Positions 50,131 to 64,000 of a stretch of DNA of 64,000 nt are shown in pieces. Every line of letters starts with the position of its first letter. Positions within the stretch are counted from its first letter, which is position 1. The notes beneath the pieces were generated by a model that made no database searches, had not been told where the DNA came from, and was given only the letters and a program-made list of their open reading frames with translations. Position numbers and translations under genes: made by a program. Source of the stretch: Tubulanus polymorphus (Eukaryota > Animalia > Nemertea); assembly GCF_964204645.1 (NCBI RefSeq), contig NC_134033.1:16417796-16481795 (forward strand), given 5' to 3'.

Positions 50131-51189
50131 GAACCGAACCACTCACTTCATAAAAGAAAACCCACCATGACATAACTATATTGACCTAATCCGGAGTTGA
50201 ACCGACACCATCTGCAGCCTAAAAACTGGCCCGATCATATTCAAGATGGGCGACTGGCAGCCATTGTTGTTTGCCGAAATCCGCACTTTTCAGTAGTTTT
50301 TAGACCACTTGGACTTGAGTTTATTGCGTTCACTTAAAGTTTTCGTTTGTGCTTAGGCCTATGCGGGTCAATAGTTGGACTCCAGCTATTTAAGAATTGG
50401 AAGAAGTTTCAATTGATCGTTTAGGAATTGAAATTCAACATGCATCTAGGCCTACCGTAGATACATCTTCAGTCGAAAAAATTGGCACGGTCAGAAACAA
50501 GATGGCCAACTGGTGGCCATTTTGTTCACTGAAATCAGCACTTTTTAAACATTTTTGATGTTTTCAAGGCAAATGTTGAAATCGATTCATCGTTTGTCTT
50601 AATCTTTCAGCGATAATTGTATCCCCCCAAGGCCCATCAGCATAAGGCAAATTGAGTCGAGTGGATGTGTGGTGGTGGTCATTTGCCCAAAAAGGTCAAT
50701 TTTGCTCTGAATGCTGAGACAGCAGCTTCCTAGTGGTTTTGCATTTTTTATTAGAATCTGCACCGTAATGGATATTCTTTGAGAAGAGATCATATTAGGC
50801 CTAGAGCGCTTTTGCAATCAGTCAATTATCGTGCAATTGGCCACCATCTTAAGTGTCATCAGTCTTGAAAATGACATCTGTTGAATTTCGATCACAATTT
50901 TGTTTCCACAATCAATTGTTAAATTGTAAGCTTGTGACATGTTCTAAGATTATGGTTTCAATTAAGCACAGTATCTGCTCTCATGGCTCTGGCAGTTTGA
51001 TAAGTAACTATGAGGAAGTCTCATTTGATTTCCTTCTGTATGAACAATGTTGTGCACTTCGGCCTATATTGGTAGGCCTACATGTAGGCCTATATGATGA
51101 TTGACCATCATCAAGCTCTATGCAATTTTGTAATTTCCATCGTTATCATTAAGGCGCCTATGCTAAATCAATTTTTTTTACATTTTCAG

Positions 51190-51287
51190 AATGAACAATG
51201 AAGAGATCAAAAAGATCGGAAGGGAAAAGGTCTTGTCACCTCTCCCAAAACACAATTTCGACGTGAAAGTTGTCAGCCATGAAATAG
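51190..51287 (+). other. Spliced exon of an unidentified transcript (possible start exon MNNEEIKKIGREKVLSPLPKHNFDVKVVSHEI)
   Basis: Strong ttttcag acceptor and G|gtaagt donor. A possible upstream non-coding exon ends at 49159 (gcag|gtaggt). No family recognised. Confidence 0.45.
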
Positions 51288-54200
51288 GTAAGTCGTTACT
51301 GAGTCTTTAAGTTTTTTTTTAGTTATACGCATTTTATACTAGTATAGAAATGACTCCTAGTATTTCCATAGGCCTAGTAGATTGGTAATGAGGCTTATTT
51401 TGTTATCACAATCGATTACAAAATCGTAGCTGCTGACATGTTCTATGATTGGTGAGTTTTGAGGTAATTGGTTTTTGAATATGGTCACCAGGGGGTGTTG
51501 AATATTGAAATTGTTAGATAGTTGAGCAATTGAAACCACTTTCTAAGTGGACATGGTGTCCCTGGACCCCTAGTTATAGTGTTTGAATATTAATTATCAA
51601 AAACCATTAGTCAGTTTATTTGAGATGAGTGTAGAAGCGACTCCTTCGAGATTAAGTCTTTTTTAGGCCAGCCATAGGCTGAGTCTATTACTAAACAAAT
51701 GGAGCGAATTTAAATGACATGGTTTCCAGATGAAAGGCTCTTTGTGCAACTGAGCATATATTCATACAAATCATTCATTAGAGCATTATCCATTCTCCAA
51801 CCCCTGTGAAGGAATTTTTATTTGCACTACAGAAATATAATTGACAATTGTGCAAAGTCAAGGAAAAATAGCTTTTTCTCAAATCGGATGAATGACCTGG
51901 GTATGCTAATTAGCCATGTGTTTCATCCCTTGTGATTTTATATAGTAAAGCGTGACGACCGTCTGATAATGATTCTTAACAACCAATTGTTTATCGAAAC
52001 TTTATAGCGTATAAATAAACAAGATAAACACAAGGTATTTCCGTGATATTTTGAATTTATTCGCAGTTCATATTTAGCGCCATTCTCGCGAGATTATCAA
52101 CAACCCGGAAATAAAATTCAAGCCCATCGCCAAACCCCTGTGAGTGTATAAGTATTAATTATAAAAAACCAAAGTCAGTTTATTTGAAATGAGATTAGAA
52201 AGAACTCCTACTATAGATTAAGCTTTTTTGTAGTGTATAAATATTAGTTATCAAAAACCAACAGTCAGTCTATTTGAGATATGTATATAAACAACTCCTA
52301 CTATAGATAAAGCGCTTTATAGTGTATAAGTATTAATTATAAAAAGCCATACTCAGTTTATTTGAGATGAGTATAGAAACAACTCCTACTATAGATTAAG
52401 CTTTTTTATAGTGTATAAATATTAGTTATCAAAACCAGCAGTCAGTTTATTTGAGATGAGTATAGAAACAACTCCTACTATAGATTAAGTCTTTTAATAG
52501 TGTATAAGTATTCATTATCGAAAACCAAAATCAGTCTATTTGAGATGAGTATAGAAACGACTCCTACTATAGATTAAGCTTTTTTATAGTGTATAAATAT
52601 TAGTTATCAAAACCAGCAGTCAGTTTATTTGAGATATGTAAAGAAACAACTCCTACTATAGATTAAGCCTTTTTATAGTGTATAACTATTTGTCATCGAA
52701 AACCTAATCAGTGTATTTTACATGAGTATAGAAACGACTCTTTCTATAGATTAAGCTTTTTTATAGCATATAAATATTGATTATCGAAAACCAACAGTCA
52801 GTTTATTTGAGATTAGTATAGAAACGACTCCTACTATAGAGTAAGTCTTTTAATAGTGTATAAGTATTAATTATCAAAAACCAAAATCAGTCTATTTGAG
52901 ATGAGTATAGAAACGACTCCTACTATAGATTAAGCTTTTTTATAGTGTATAAATATTAGTTATCAAAAACCAACAGTCAGTCTATTTGAGATATGTATAT
53001 AAACAACTCCTACTATAGATAAAGCGCTTTATAGTGTATAAGTATTAATTATAAAAAGCCATACTCAGTTTATTTGAGATGAGTATAGAAACGACTCCTA
53101 CTATAGATTAAGCTTTTTTATAGTGTATAAATATTAGTTATCAAAACCAGCAGTCAGTTTATTTGAGATGAGTATAGAAACAACTCCTACTATAGATTAA
53201 GTCTTTTAATAGTGTATAGGTATTCATTATCGAAAACCAAAATCAGTCTATTTGAGATGAGTATAGAAACGACTCCTACTATAGATTAAGCTTTTTTATA
53301 GTGTATAAATATTAGTTATCAAAACCAGCAGTCAGTTTATTTGAGATATGTAAAGAAACAACTCCTACTATAGATTAAGCCTTTTTATAGTGTATAACTA
53401 TTTGTCATCGAAAACCTAATCAGTGTATTTTACATGAGTATAGAAACGACTCTTTCTATAGATTAAGCTTTTTTATAGCATATAAATATTGATTATCGAA
53501 AACCAACAGTCAGTTTATTTGAGATTAGTATAGAAACGACTCCTACTATAGAGTAAGTCTTTTAATAGTGTATAAGTATTAATTATTAAAAACCAAAATC
53601 AGTCTATTTGAGATGAGTATAGAAACGACTCCTACTATAGAGTAAGTCTTTTAATAGTGTATAAGTATTAATTATCAAAAACCAAAATCAGTCTATTTGA
53701 GATGAGTATAGAAACGACTCCTACTATAGATTAAGCTTTTTTATAGTGTATAAATATTAGTTATCAAAACCAGCAGTCAGTTTATTTGAGATATGTAAAG
53801 AAACAACTCCTACTATAGATTAAGCCTTTTTATAGTGTATAACTATTTGTCATCGAAAACCAATTCAGTGTATTTTACATGAGTATAGAAACGACTCTTT
53901 CTATAGATTAAGCTTTTTTATAGTGTATAAATATTGATTATCGAAAACCAACGGTCAGTTTATTTGAGATTAGTATAGAAACGACTCCTACTATAGAGTA
54001 AGTCTTTTAATAGTGTATAAGTATTAATTATCAAAAACCAAAATCAGTCTATTTGAGATGAGTATAGAAGCGACTCCTACTATAGAGTTAGTCTTTTAAT
54101 AGTGTATAAGTATTAATTATCAAAAACCAAAATCAGTCTATTTGAGATGAGTGTAGAAATGACTCCTACTATAGATTAAGCTTTTTTATAGTGAATAAAT

Positions 54201-57070
54201 ATTAGTTATCAAAACCAGCAGTCAGTTTACCGTACCGGTATTTGAGATATGTATAGAAACAACTCCTGCTATAGATTAAGCCTTTTTATAGTGTATAACT
54301 ATTTGTCATCAAAAACCAAATCAGTGTATTTGACATGAGTAAAGGAACGATTCTTTCTATAGATTAAGCTTTTTTATAGTGTATAAATATTAATTATCGA
54401 AAACCAACAGTCATTTTATTTGAGATGATAATAGAAACAACTACTCCTATAGATTAAGCCTCTTTATTGTGTCTATCAAAAAACCATAAGTCAGTTTATT
54501 TGAGATTAGTATAGAAACGACTCCTACTATGGAGTAAGCTTTTTCATTGTGTCTATTAGTCATCAAAAACTAAAGTCAGTTTATTTGAGATGAGTATAGA
54601 AACAACTACAACTATAGATTAAGCCTCTTAATTGTGTCTATTAGTCATCAAAAACTAAAAGTCAGTTTATTTGAGATGAGTATAGAAGCGTCTCCTTCTA
54701 TAGATTAAGCTTGATTATAGTGTTGAATATTAATAATAAAAAGCCATAGTCAGTTTTTTTGAGATGAGTATAGAAACAACTCCTACTATAGATTAGGTAT
54801 TTTTATAGTATATAAGTATTCGATATCGAAATCCAAAGTCAGTTTATTTTAGATGAGTATAGAAACAACTCCTACTATAGATTAAGTCTTTTAATAGTGT
54901 ATAAGCGTGAATTATCAAAAACCAATATCAGTCTATTTGAGATGAGTATAGAAATGACTCCTACTGTAGATTAAGCTTTTTTATAGTGAATAGATATTAG
55001 TTTTCAAATCCAGCAGTCAGTTTATTTGAGATATGTATAGAAACAACAACTACTATAGATTAAGCCTTTTTATAGTGTTTAACTATTTGTCATCAAGAAC
55101 CAAATCAGTGTATTTGACATGAGTATAGGAACGATTCTTTCTATAGATTAAACCTCTTTATTGTGTCTATTAGTCATCAAAAACTAAAGTCAGTTTATTT
55201 GAGATGAGTATAGAAACAACTCCTACTATAGATTAAGCCTTTTTATAGTGTATAAATATTTGTCATAAAAAACCAAATAAGTGTATTTGACATGAGTATA
55301 GAAACAACTCATACTATAGATTAAGCTTTTTATAGTGTATAACTATAGGCCTAAGTCATCAAAAACGAAAATCAGTCTATGCGAGATGATTATAGATACG
55401 ACTCCTATTATAGATTAAGCTTTTTTATAGGGTATAAATATTAGTTATCAAAAACCAACAGTCAGTTTATTTGAGATGAGAATAGAAACAACTACTCCTA
55501 TAGATTAAGCCTCTTTATTGTGTCTATTAGTCATCAAAAACCAAAAGTCAGTTTATTTGAGATTAGTATAGAAACGACTCCTACTATAGAGCAAGCTTTT
55601 TCATTGTGTCTATTAGTTATCAAAAACTAAAGTCAGTTTATTTGAGATGAGTATAGAAACAACTCCTACTATAGATTAACCCTTTTTATAGTGTATAACT
55701 ATAGGCCTAAGTCATCAAAAACGAAAATCAGTCTATGTAAGATGAGTATAGAAATGACTCCTATTATAGATTAAGTTTTTTATAGTGTATAAATATTAGT
55801 TATCAAAAACCAACAGTCAGTTTATTTGAGATGAGTATAGAAACGACTGCTTCCATAGATTAAGTCTTTTGTATAGTGTATGAATACTAATTATCAAAAA
55901 CCAAAGACAGTTTATTTCAGATGAGTATGGAAACGAATCCTTCTTTTAGAGAAGTGTTTAAACTGAATAAATAAATATTAGTTATCAAAAACCAAAATCG
56001 GTTTATTTGAGTTAGGTATTATAGAAACGACTCCTACTATAGAATAAGCTTTTTTAAAAAGTGTATAAATATTAGTTATCAAAAACCGAAATCAGTTTAT
56101 TTGAGATGAGTATAGAAACGACTACTACTATCGATTAAGCCTTTTTATTGTGTATAAATATTAATCATCAAAAACCAAAGTCAGTTTATTTGAGTTGAGT
56201 ATAGAAACGACTCCTACTATGGACTTAGTCTTTTTAATATTGTATAAATGTTAATTATCTAAAGCCAAAGTCAATCTAGGCCTATATAAGATAAGTATAA
56301 GAATGTGTCCTACCATGGAATGGATTCAATTATAGTGTATAAGTTATAATCTTTAAAAAACAGTTTATTTGAGATTAGTATAAGAATGTGTCCAATCATA
56401 GAATTAATTAATTTCAGTATTGTGTATAAATATTTATCTTTAAAACCAAAGTCAGTCTATTTGAGATAATTGTAAAAACGACTCCTACTATAGATTAAGT
56501 CTTTTTCATGCTGTATAAGTATCAATCATCAAAAACCAAAGTCAATCCAGACCTATTTGGGATAAGTATAAGAATGTGTCCTAGCATGGAATGAATTCAA
56601 TTATAGTGTACTATAAAAACTACTCCTTAGATTGAATCTCAGTAAAGTGTGCGAATATTAATTACCAAAAACCACAGTTCAATTGAGATGATTATAAAAA
56701 ATGACCCTTAGAATAATATGATCCAGAGAATAGTGTTAAACATAAATCTTCAAGAACCAGAGTCATCTCAAAGGAGATGATTGCAGAAAAACAACCTCCG
56801 TGTAGAATAATTCACAATAAAGCGTGTCATGGTATCTTCAAATACCTAAGTCAGTCTGTTTGTGATGAGCACATAAAGGTGACACCTTGTATAGAATAAA
56901 TGTAAATATAGTATTTCTATATAAATAGGTATCTTCAAGCAGCAAATTCAGTCTATTTTATATTTAGGACATTGATGCCCCAGTCTATGCAATTTTGTTA
57001 ATTTCTTTGTTATCTTTGTAAATTCTTATCATTTAGGCCTGTGCCTAATCAGTAATTTGGTTATTTTCAG

Positions 57071-57171
57071 AGTGAACAACAAGGAGGAGATCGAAACGAA
57101 TAGTTTGCGCAAAGGATTTGTCTTTATTTTCAAGATGTAAATTTGAAGTAAAAGGTGTCAGTAAAAATTTG
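57071..57171 (+). pseudogene. Diverged duplicate of the 51190 exon, frameshifted relative to it, splice sites intact
   Basis: ttattttcag ... |gtaagt; VNNKEEI and (other frame) LSLFSRCKFEVKGVS align to MNNEEI and LSPLPKHNFDVKVVS; stops in all frames. Confidence 0.5.
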
Positions 57172-59001
57172 GTAAGTCATTACAGTATCCTTATTGAGCC
57201 CTCGGTTTTTTTGACCAATTGGATATCGACCATTTACGTACTACTTCTCATTTTTGACCAGAAGATTGTCACCGATTCACCAGCTATCATGAGCCTGGGC
57301 TAAGCAGGTGATTTTAAGTCATAAAACGGTCATATTCCCTGGCTTTTGTTTCTACACATAAACCCTTCCGTATAACGATTCACAATATTTCTATATAAAT
57401 TATGTATCTTAATGTAGAACGACTGGCAGTAAAGTATTCCTATAGAAATATTACTCTTCAAAAACCAAAGTTGGTATGAGTATACATTGTATATAAAAAT
57501 GACCCCTACTATAAAATAATTCCAAGTGTAGTATTTCTACATGTATATTACTATTTAAAACCAAGTCAGTCCTTTTGAGATGATTATTAATCAACTGACC
57601 CCTACTTCACAGTATAGTGTGTCATGTTTTACTCTCCAGAAACCAAATTCAGACCATTTGAGATGAGTATATAAAATGACCTTTTTCATAGTGTATAAAT
57701 ATTAACTATAAAATACCAAACTCAGTCTAGTTGAGATATGTATAGAAACGACTCCTACTATAGATTTAGTCTTTTGATAGTGTATAAATATGGATCATCA
57801 AAAACCAAAGTCAATCTAGGCCTTTTTAATATAAGTATAAGAATGTGTCCTACCATGGAATGGATTCAATTATAGTGTATTAGTTATAATCTTAAAAAAA
57901 AAACAGTCTATTTGAGATTAGTATAAGAATGTGTCCAACCATAGAATTAATTAATTTCAGTATAGCGTATAAATATTTATCTATAAAACCAAAGTCAGTC
58001 TATTTGAAATAAGTGTAAAAACGACTCCTACTATAGATTGTCTTTTTTCCTTCTGTATAAATATTAATCATAAAAAACCAGTCTATTTGAGTTAAACTGT
58101 AGCTGTAGTGTATAAATATTGATCATCAAAAACCAAAGTCAATCTAGACCTATTTGAGATAAGTATAAGAAGATAAGTTGTATAAGAATGTGTCCTTCCA
58201 TAGAATGAATTCAATTATAGTGTATAAGTTACAATCTTTAAAGAAAACAGTCTATTTGAGATGAATATAAAAACTACTCCTCCTGTAGATTGAATCTCAG
58301 TAAAGTGTGCGAATATTAATCACCAAAAACCAAAGTCAGTCTATTTGAGATAAGTATAAGGATGTGTTCTACCATAGAATTAATTTCAGAATAGTGTATA
58401 AATATTTATCTTCAAAATCAAAGTCAGTCTATTTCAGATGAGTATAAAAATGGCTCCTACTATAGATTGAATCTCAGTAAAGGTGTGCAAATATTAATTA
58501 CCATAACCGGAGTCACTTTATTTGAGAAGAATATGCAACGACACATTGTCTAGAATGACTCGCAGAATAGTCATTCTCAATATATGTTATTTCCAATAAC
58601 CACAGTCAGTTTAATCGAGATGATTATATAAAAATGACCCTTAGAATAATATGATTCAGAGAATAGTGTTAAACATAAATCTTCGAGAACCAGTCATCTC
58701 AAAGGAGATGATTGTAGAAAAACAACCTCCGTCTAGAATAATTCACAATAAAGCGTGTCATGGTATCTTCAAATACCTAAGTCAGTCTGTTTGTGATGAG
58801 TACATAAAGGTGACACCTTTTATAGAATAAATGTAAATATAGTTTTTCTATATAAATAGGCATCTTCAAGCAGCAAATTCAGTCCATTTTATATTTAGGA
58901 TATTGATGCCCCAGTCTATGCAATTTTGTTATTTTCTTTGTTATCTTTGTAAATTCTTATCATTTAGGCCTGTGCCTAATCAGTAATTTGGTTATTTTCA
59001 G

Positions 59002-59103
59002 AGTGAACAACAAGGTGGAGATCGAAACGAACAGTTTGCGCAAAGGATTTGTCTTTATTTTCAAGATGTAAATTTGAAGTAAAAGTTGTCAGTAAAGAAA
59101 TTG
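59002..59103 (+). pseudogene. Second duplicate of the same exon within a ~1.9 kb tandem segmental duplication
   Basis: Near-identical to 57071-57171 at offset 1931, flanks included; stops in all frames. Confidence 0.5.
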
Positions 59104-62100
59104 GTAAGTCATTACAGTATCCTTATTGAGCCCTCGGTTTTTTTGACCAATTGGATATCGACCATTTACGTACTACTTCCCATTTTTGACCAGAAGATTG
59201 TCACTGATTCACCAGCTATCATGAGCCTGGGCTAAGCAGGTGATTTTAAGTCATAAAACGGTCAAATACATGGCTTTTGTTTCTACATTTAAACCCTTCC
59301 GTATAACGATTCTCAATATTTCTATATAAATTATGTATCTTAATCTAGAACGACTGGCAGTAAAGTATTCCTATAGAAATATTACTCTTCAAAAACCAAA
59401 GTTGGTATGAGTATACATTGTATATAAAAATGACCCCTACTATAAAATAATTCCAAGTGTAGTATTTCAACATGAATATTACTATTTAAAACAAAGTCAG
59501 TCCTTTTGAGATGATCATTAATCAACTGACCCCTACTTCACAGTATAGTGTTTCATGTTTTACTCCCCAAAAACCAAATTCAGACCATTTGAGATGAGTA
59601 TATAAAAATGAAATTTTCTCATAGGGCATAATTATTAACCATGAAACACCAAAGTCAGTCAAGTTGAGATACGTATAGAAACGACTCCTACTATAGAGTA
59701 AGCTTTTTCATTGTGTCTATTAGTCATCAAAAACTAAAGTCAGTTTATTTGAGATGAGTATAGAAACAACTCCTACTATAGATTAAGCCTCTTTATTGTG
59801 TCTATTAGTCATCAAAAACCAAAAATCAGTCTATTTGAGATGAGTATAGAAACGACTCCTACTATAGATTAAGTCTTTTTATGGTGTATAAATGTTAGTT
59901 ATCAAAACCAGCAGTCAGTTTATTTGAGATATGTATAGAAACAACTCCTACTATAAATAAAGCCTTTTATAGTGTATAAGTATTAATTATAAAAAGCCAT
60001 ACTCAGTTTATTTAAGATGAGTATAGAAACAACTCTTACTATAGAGTAAGCTTTTTCATTGTGTCTATTAGTCATCAAAAACTAAAGTCAGTTTATTTGA
60101 GATGAGTATAGAAACGACTCCTACTATAGATTAAGCTTTTTTATAGTGTATAAATATTAGTTATCAAAACCAGCAGTCAGTTTATTTGAGATATGTATAG
60201 AAACAACTCCTACTATAGATAAAGCGCTTTATAGTGTATAAGTATTAATTATAAAAAGCCATACTCAGTTTATTTGAGATGAGTATAGAAACAACTCCTA
60301 CTATAGATTAAGTCTTTTTATGGTGTATAAGTATTCATTATCAAAAACCAAAATCAGTCTATTTGAGATGAGTATAGAAATGACTCCTACTATAGATTAA
60401 GCTTTTTTATAGTGTATAAATATTAGTTATCAAAACCAGCAGTCAGTTTATTTGAGATATGTATAGAAACAACTCCTACTATAGATAAAGCCTTTTATAG
60501 TGTATAAGTATTAATTATAAAAAGCCATAGTCAGTTTATTTGAGATGAGTATAGAAACAACTCCTACTATAGATTAAGTCTTTTAGTGTATAAGTATTAA
60601 TTATCAAAAACCAAAATCAGTCTATTTGAGATGAGTATAGAAATGACTCCTACTATAGATTAAGCATTTTTATAGTGAATAAATATTAGTTATCAAAAAC
60701 CAACAGCCATTTTATTTAAGATGAGTATAGAAACAACTCCTACTATAGATTAAGTCTTTTTATGGTGTATAAGTATTAATTATCAAAAACCAAAATAAGT
60801 CTATTCTAGATGAGTATAGAAACGACTCCTACTTTAGATTAAGCTTTTTTTTAGTGTATAAATATTAGTTATCATAACCAGTAGTCAGTTTATTTGAGAT
60901 ATGTATAGAAACAACTCATACTCTAGATAAAGCCTTTTTATAGTGTATAAGTATTAATTATAAAAAGCCATAGTCAGTTTATTTGAGATGAGTATAGAAA
61001 CAACTACTCCTATAGATTAAGCCTCTTTATTGTGTCTATTAGTCATCAAAAACTAAAGTCAGTTTATTTGAGATTAGTATAGAAACGACTCCTACTATAG
61101 AGTAAGCTTTTTATTGTGTCTATTAGTCATCAAAAACTAAAGTCAGTTTATTTGAGATTAGTATAGAAACGACTCCTACTATAGAGTAAGCTTTTTATTG
61201 TGTCTATTAGTCATCAAAAACTAAAGTCAGTTTATTTGAGATGAGTATAGAAACAACTACAACTATAGATTAAGCCTCATTATTGTGTCAATTAGTCATC
61301 AAAAACCAAAAATCAGTCTATTTTAGATGAGTATAGAAACGACTCTTACTATAGATTAAGTCTTTTTATGGTGCATAAATGTTAGTTATCAAAACCAGCA
61401 GTCAGTTTATTTGAGATATGTATAGAAACAACTCCTACTATAGATAAAGCCTTTTATAGTGTATAAGTATTAATTATAAAAAGCCATACTCAGTTTATTT
61501 AAGATGAGTATAGAAACAACTCTTACTATAGAGTAAGCTTTTTCATTGTGTCTATTAGTCATCAAAAACTAAAGTCAGTTTATTTGAGATGAGTATAGAA
61601 ACGACTCCTACTATAGATTAAGCTTTTTTATAGTGTATAAATATTAGTTATCAAAACCAGCAGTCAGTTTATTTGAGATATGTATAGAAACAACTCCTAC
61701 TATAGATAAAGCGCTTTATAGTGTATAAGTATTAATTATAAAAAGCCATACTCAGTTTATTTGAGATGAGTATAGAAACAACTCCTACTATAGATTGAGT
61801 CTTTTTATGGTGTATAAGTATTCATTATCAAAAACCAAAATCAGTCTATTTGAGATGAGTATAGAAACAACTCCTACTATAGATTAAGTCTTTTTATGGT
61901 GTATAAGTATTCATTATCAAAAACCAAAATCAGTCTATTTGAGATGAGTATAGAAACAACTCCTACTATAGATTAAGTCTTTTTATGGTGTATAAGTATT
62001 CATTATCAAAAACCAAAATCAGTCTATTTGAGATGAGTATAGAAACAACTCCTACTATAGATTAAGCTTTTTTATAGTGTATAAATATTAGTTATCAAAA

Positions 62101-64000
62101 CCAGCAGTCAGTTTATTTGAGATATGTATAGAAACAACTCCTACTATAGATAAAGCCTTTTATAGTGTATAAGTATTAATTATAAAAAGCCATAGTCAGT
62201 TTATTTGAGATGAGTATAGAAACAACTCCTACTATAGATTAAGTCTTTTAGTGTATAAGTATTAATTATCAAAAACCAAAATCAGTCTATTTGAGATGAG
62301 TATAGAAATGACTCCTACTATAGATTAAGCATCTTTATAGTGAATAAATATTAGTTATCAAAAACCAACAGCCAGTTTATTTAAGATGAGTATAGAAACA
62401 ACTCCTACTATAGATTAAGTCTTTTTATGGTGTATAAGTATTAATTATCAAAAACCAAAATAAGTCTATTCTAGATGAGTATAGAAACGACTCCTACTTT
62501 AGATTAAGCTTTTTTTTAAGGGTATAAATATTAGTTATCATAACCACTAGTCAGTTTATTTGAGATATGTATAGAAACAACTCCTACTATAGATAAAGCC
62601 TTTTTAATAGTGTATAAGTATTAATTATAAAAAGCCATAGTCAGTATATTTAAGATGAGTATAGAAACAACTCCTACTATGGATTAAGTATTTTTATGGT
62701 GTATAAGTATTAATTATCAAAAACCAAAATCAGTCTATTTGAGATGAGAATAGAAATGACTCCTACTATAGATTAAGCTTTTTTATAGTGTATAAATATT
62801 AGTTATCAAAACCAGCAGTCAGTTTATTTGAGATATGCATAGAAACAACTTCTACTATAGATTAAGCCTTTTTATAGTGTATAACAGTTTGTCATCAAAA
62901 ACCAAATCCGTGTATTTTACATGAGTATAGGAATGACTCTTTCTATAGATTAAGCTTTTTTTATAGTGTATAAATATTAATTTTTCGAAAACAGTCAGTT
63001 TATTTGAGATGTAAGCTTTTTCATTGTGTCTATTAGTCATCAAAAACTAAAGTCAGTTTATTTGTGATGAGTATAGAAACAATTTCTTCTATAGATTAAG
63101 CCTTTTTATGGTGTATAAGTATTGATTATCAAAAACCTAAATCAGTCAATTTGAGATGAGTATAGGAACGACTCTTACAATAGATTAAGCTTTTTTAAAG
63201 TGTATAAATATTAGTTATCAAAACCAGTAGTCAGTTTATTTGAGATATGTATAGAAACAACTCATACTATAGATAAAGCCTTTTTATAGTGTATAAGTAT
63301 TAATTATAAAAAGCCATAGTCAGTTTATTTGAGATGAGTATAGAAACAACTACTCCTATAGATTAAGCCTCTTTATTGTGTCTATTAGTCATCAAAAACT
63401 AAAGTCAGTTTATTTGAGATTAGTATAGAAACGACTCCTACTATAGAGTAAGCTTTTTATTGTGTCTATTAGTCATCAAAAACTAAAGTCAGTTTATTTG
63501 AGATGAGTATAGAAACAACTACAACTATAGATTAAGCCTCATTATTGTGTCAATTAGTCATCAAAAACCAAAAATCAGTCTATTTTAGATGAGTATAGAA
63601 ACGACTCTTACTATAGATTAAGTCTTTTTATGGTGCATAAATGTTAGTTATCAAAACCAGCAGTCAGTTTATTTGAGATATGTATAGAAACAACTCCTAC
63701 TATAGATAAAGCCTTTTATAGTGTATAAGTATTAATTATAAAAAGCCATACTCAGTTTATTTAAGATGAGTATAGAAACAACTCTTACTATAGAGTAAGC
63801 TTTTTCATTGTGTCTATTAGTCATCAAAAACTAAAGTCAGTTTATTTGAGATGAGTATAGAAACGACTCCTACTATAGATTAAGCTTTTTTATAGTGTAT
63901 AAATATTAGTTATCAAAACCAGCAGTCAGTTTATTTGAGATATGTATAGAAACAACTCCTACTATAGATAAAGCGCTTTATAGTGTATAAGTATTAATTA

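Larger units (their letters stand above)
52140..64000. repeat. AT-rich satellite, ~89-bp unit, ~12 kb, continuing past the window end
   Basis: Unit gtcagtttatttgagatgagtatagaaacaactcctactatagattaagcttttttatagtgtataaatattagttatcaaaaccagca. More diverged at ~56.3-59.7 kb; an isolated unit lies at ~51575-51663. Confidence 0.95.

Noticed and set aside
52140-64000. Hammerhead-like look of the satellite unit (gagatgag...gaaacgactc)
   Set aside because: No CUGA core and no helix II between the GA and GAAA.

Overview
Eukaryotic, intron-rich, repeat-rich animal DNA; the gene content and repeat types suggest an invertebrate, but that is inference. I reconstructed five spliced protein-coding genes by hand from GT-AG sites and frame continuity: the 3' part of an acid sphingomyelinase (SMPD1-like, +, 1205-6617), a GPI-anchored Ly6/uPAR-type protein (-, 7728-8787, with a duplicated first exon at 12226-12280), a complete class II CPD photolyase (+, 15488-23539), a GT32/DXD glycosyltransferase (+, 27215-28932) and an SLC16/MCT transporter (+, 34528-38595). 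An unidentified spliced transcript begins around 49-51 kb and runs into a ~12 kb satellite of ~89-bp units. Two observations stand out. First, the sphingomyelinase has two diverged copies of its metal-binding GHTH exon, and their phases force mutually exclusive splicing. Second, the intron between those two exons holds a tandem array of about 12 units of 69 bp whose reverse strand matches a minimal, Penelope-type hammerhead ribozyme; 7 units have an intact core, and related motifs occur at four other sites in the window. Many non-autonomous DNA-transposon (MITE) copies, minisatellites and long microsatellites fill the rest. Nothing was run or searched: family assignments come from motif recognition.
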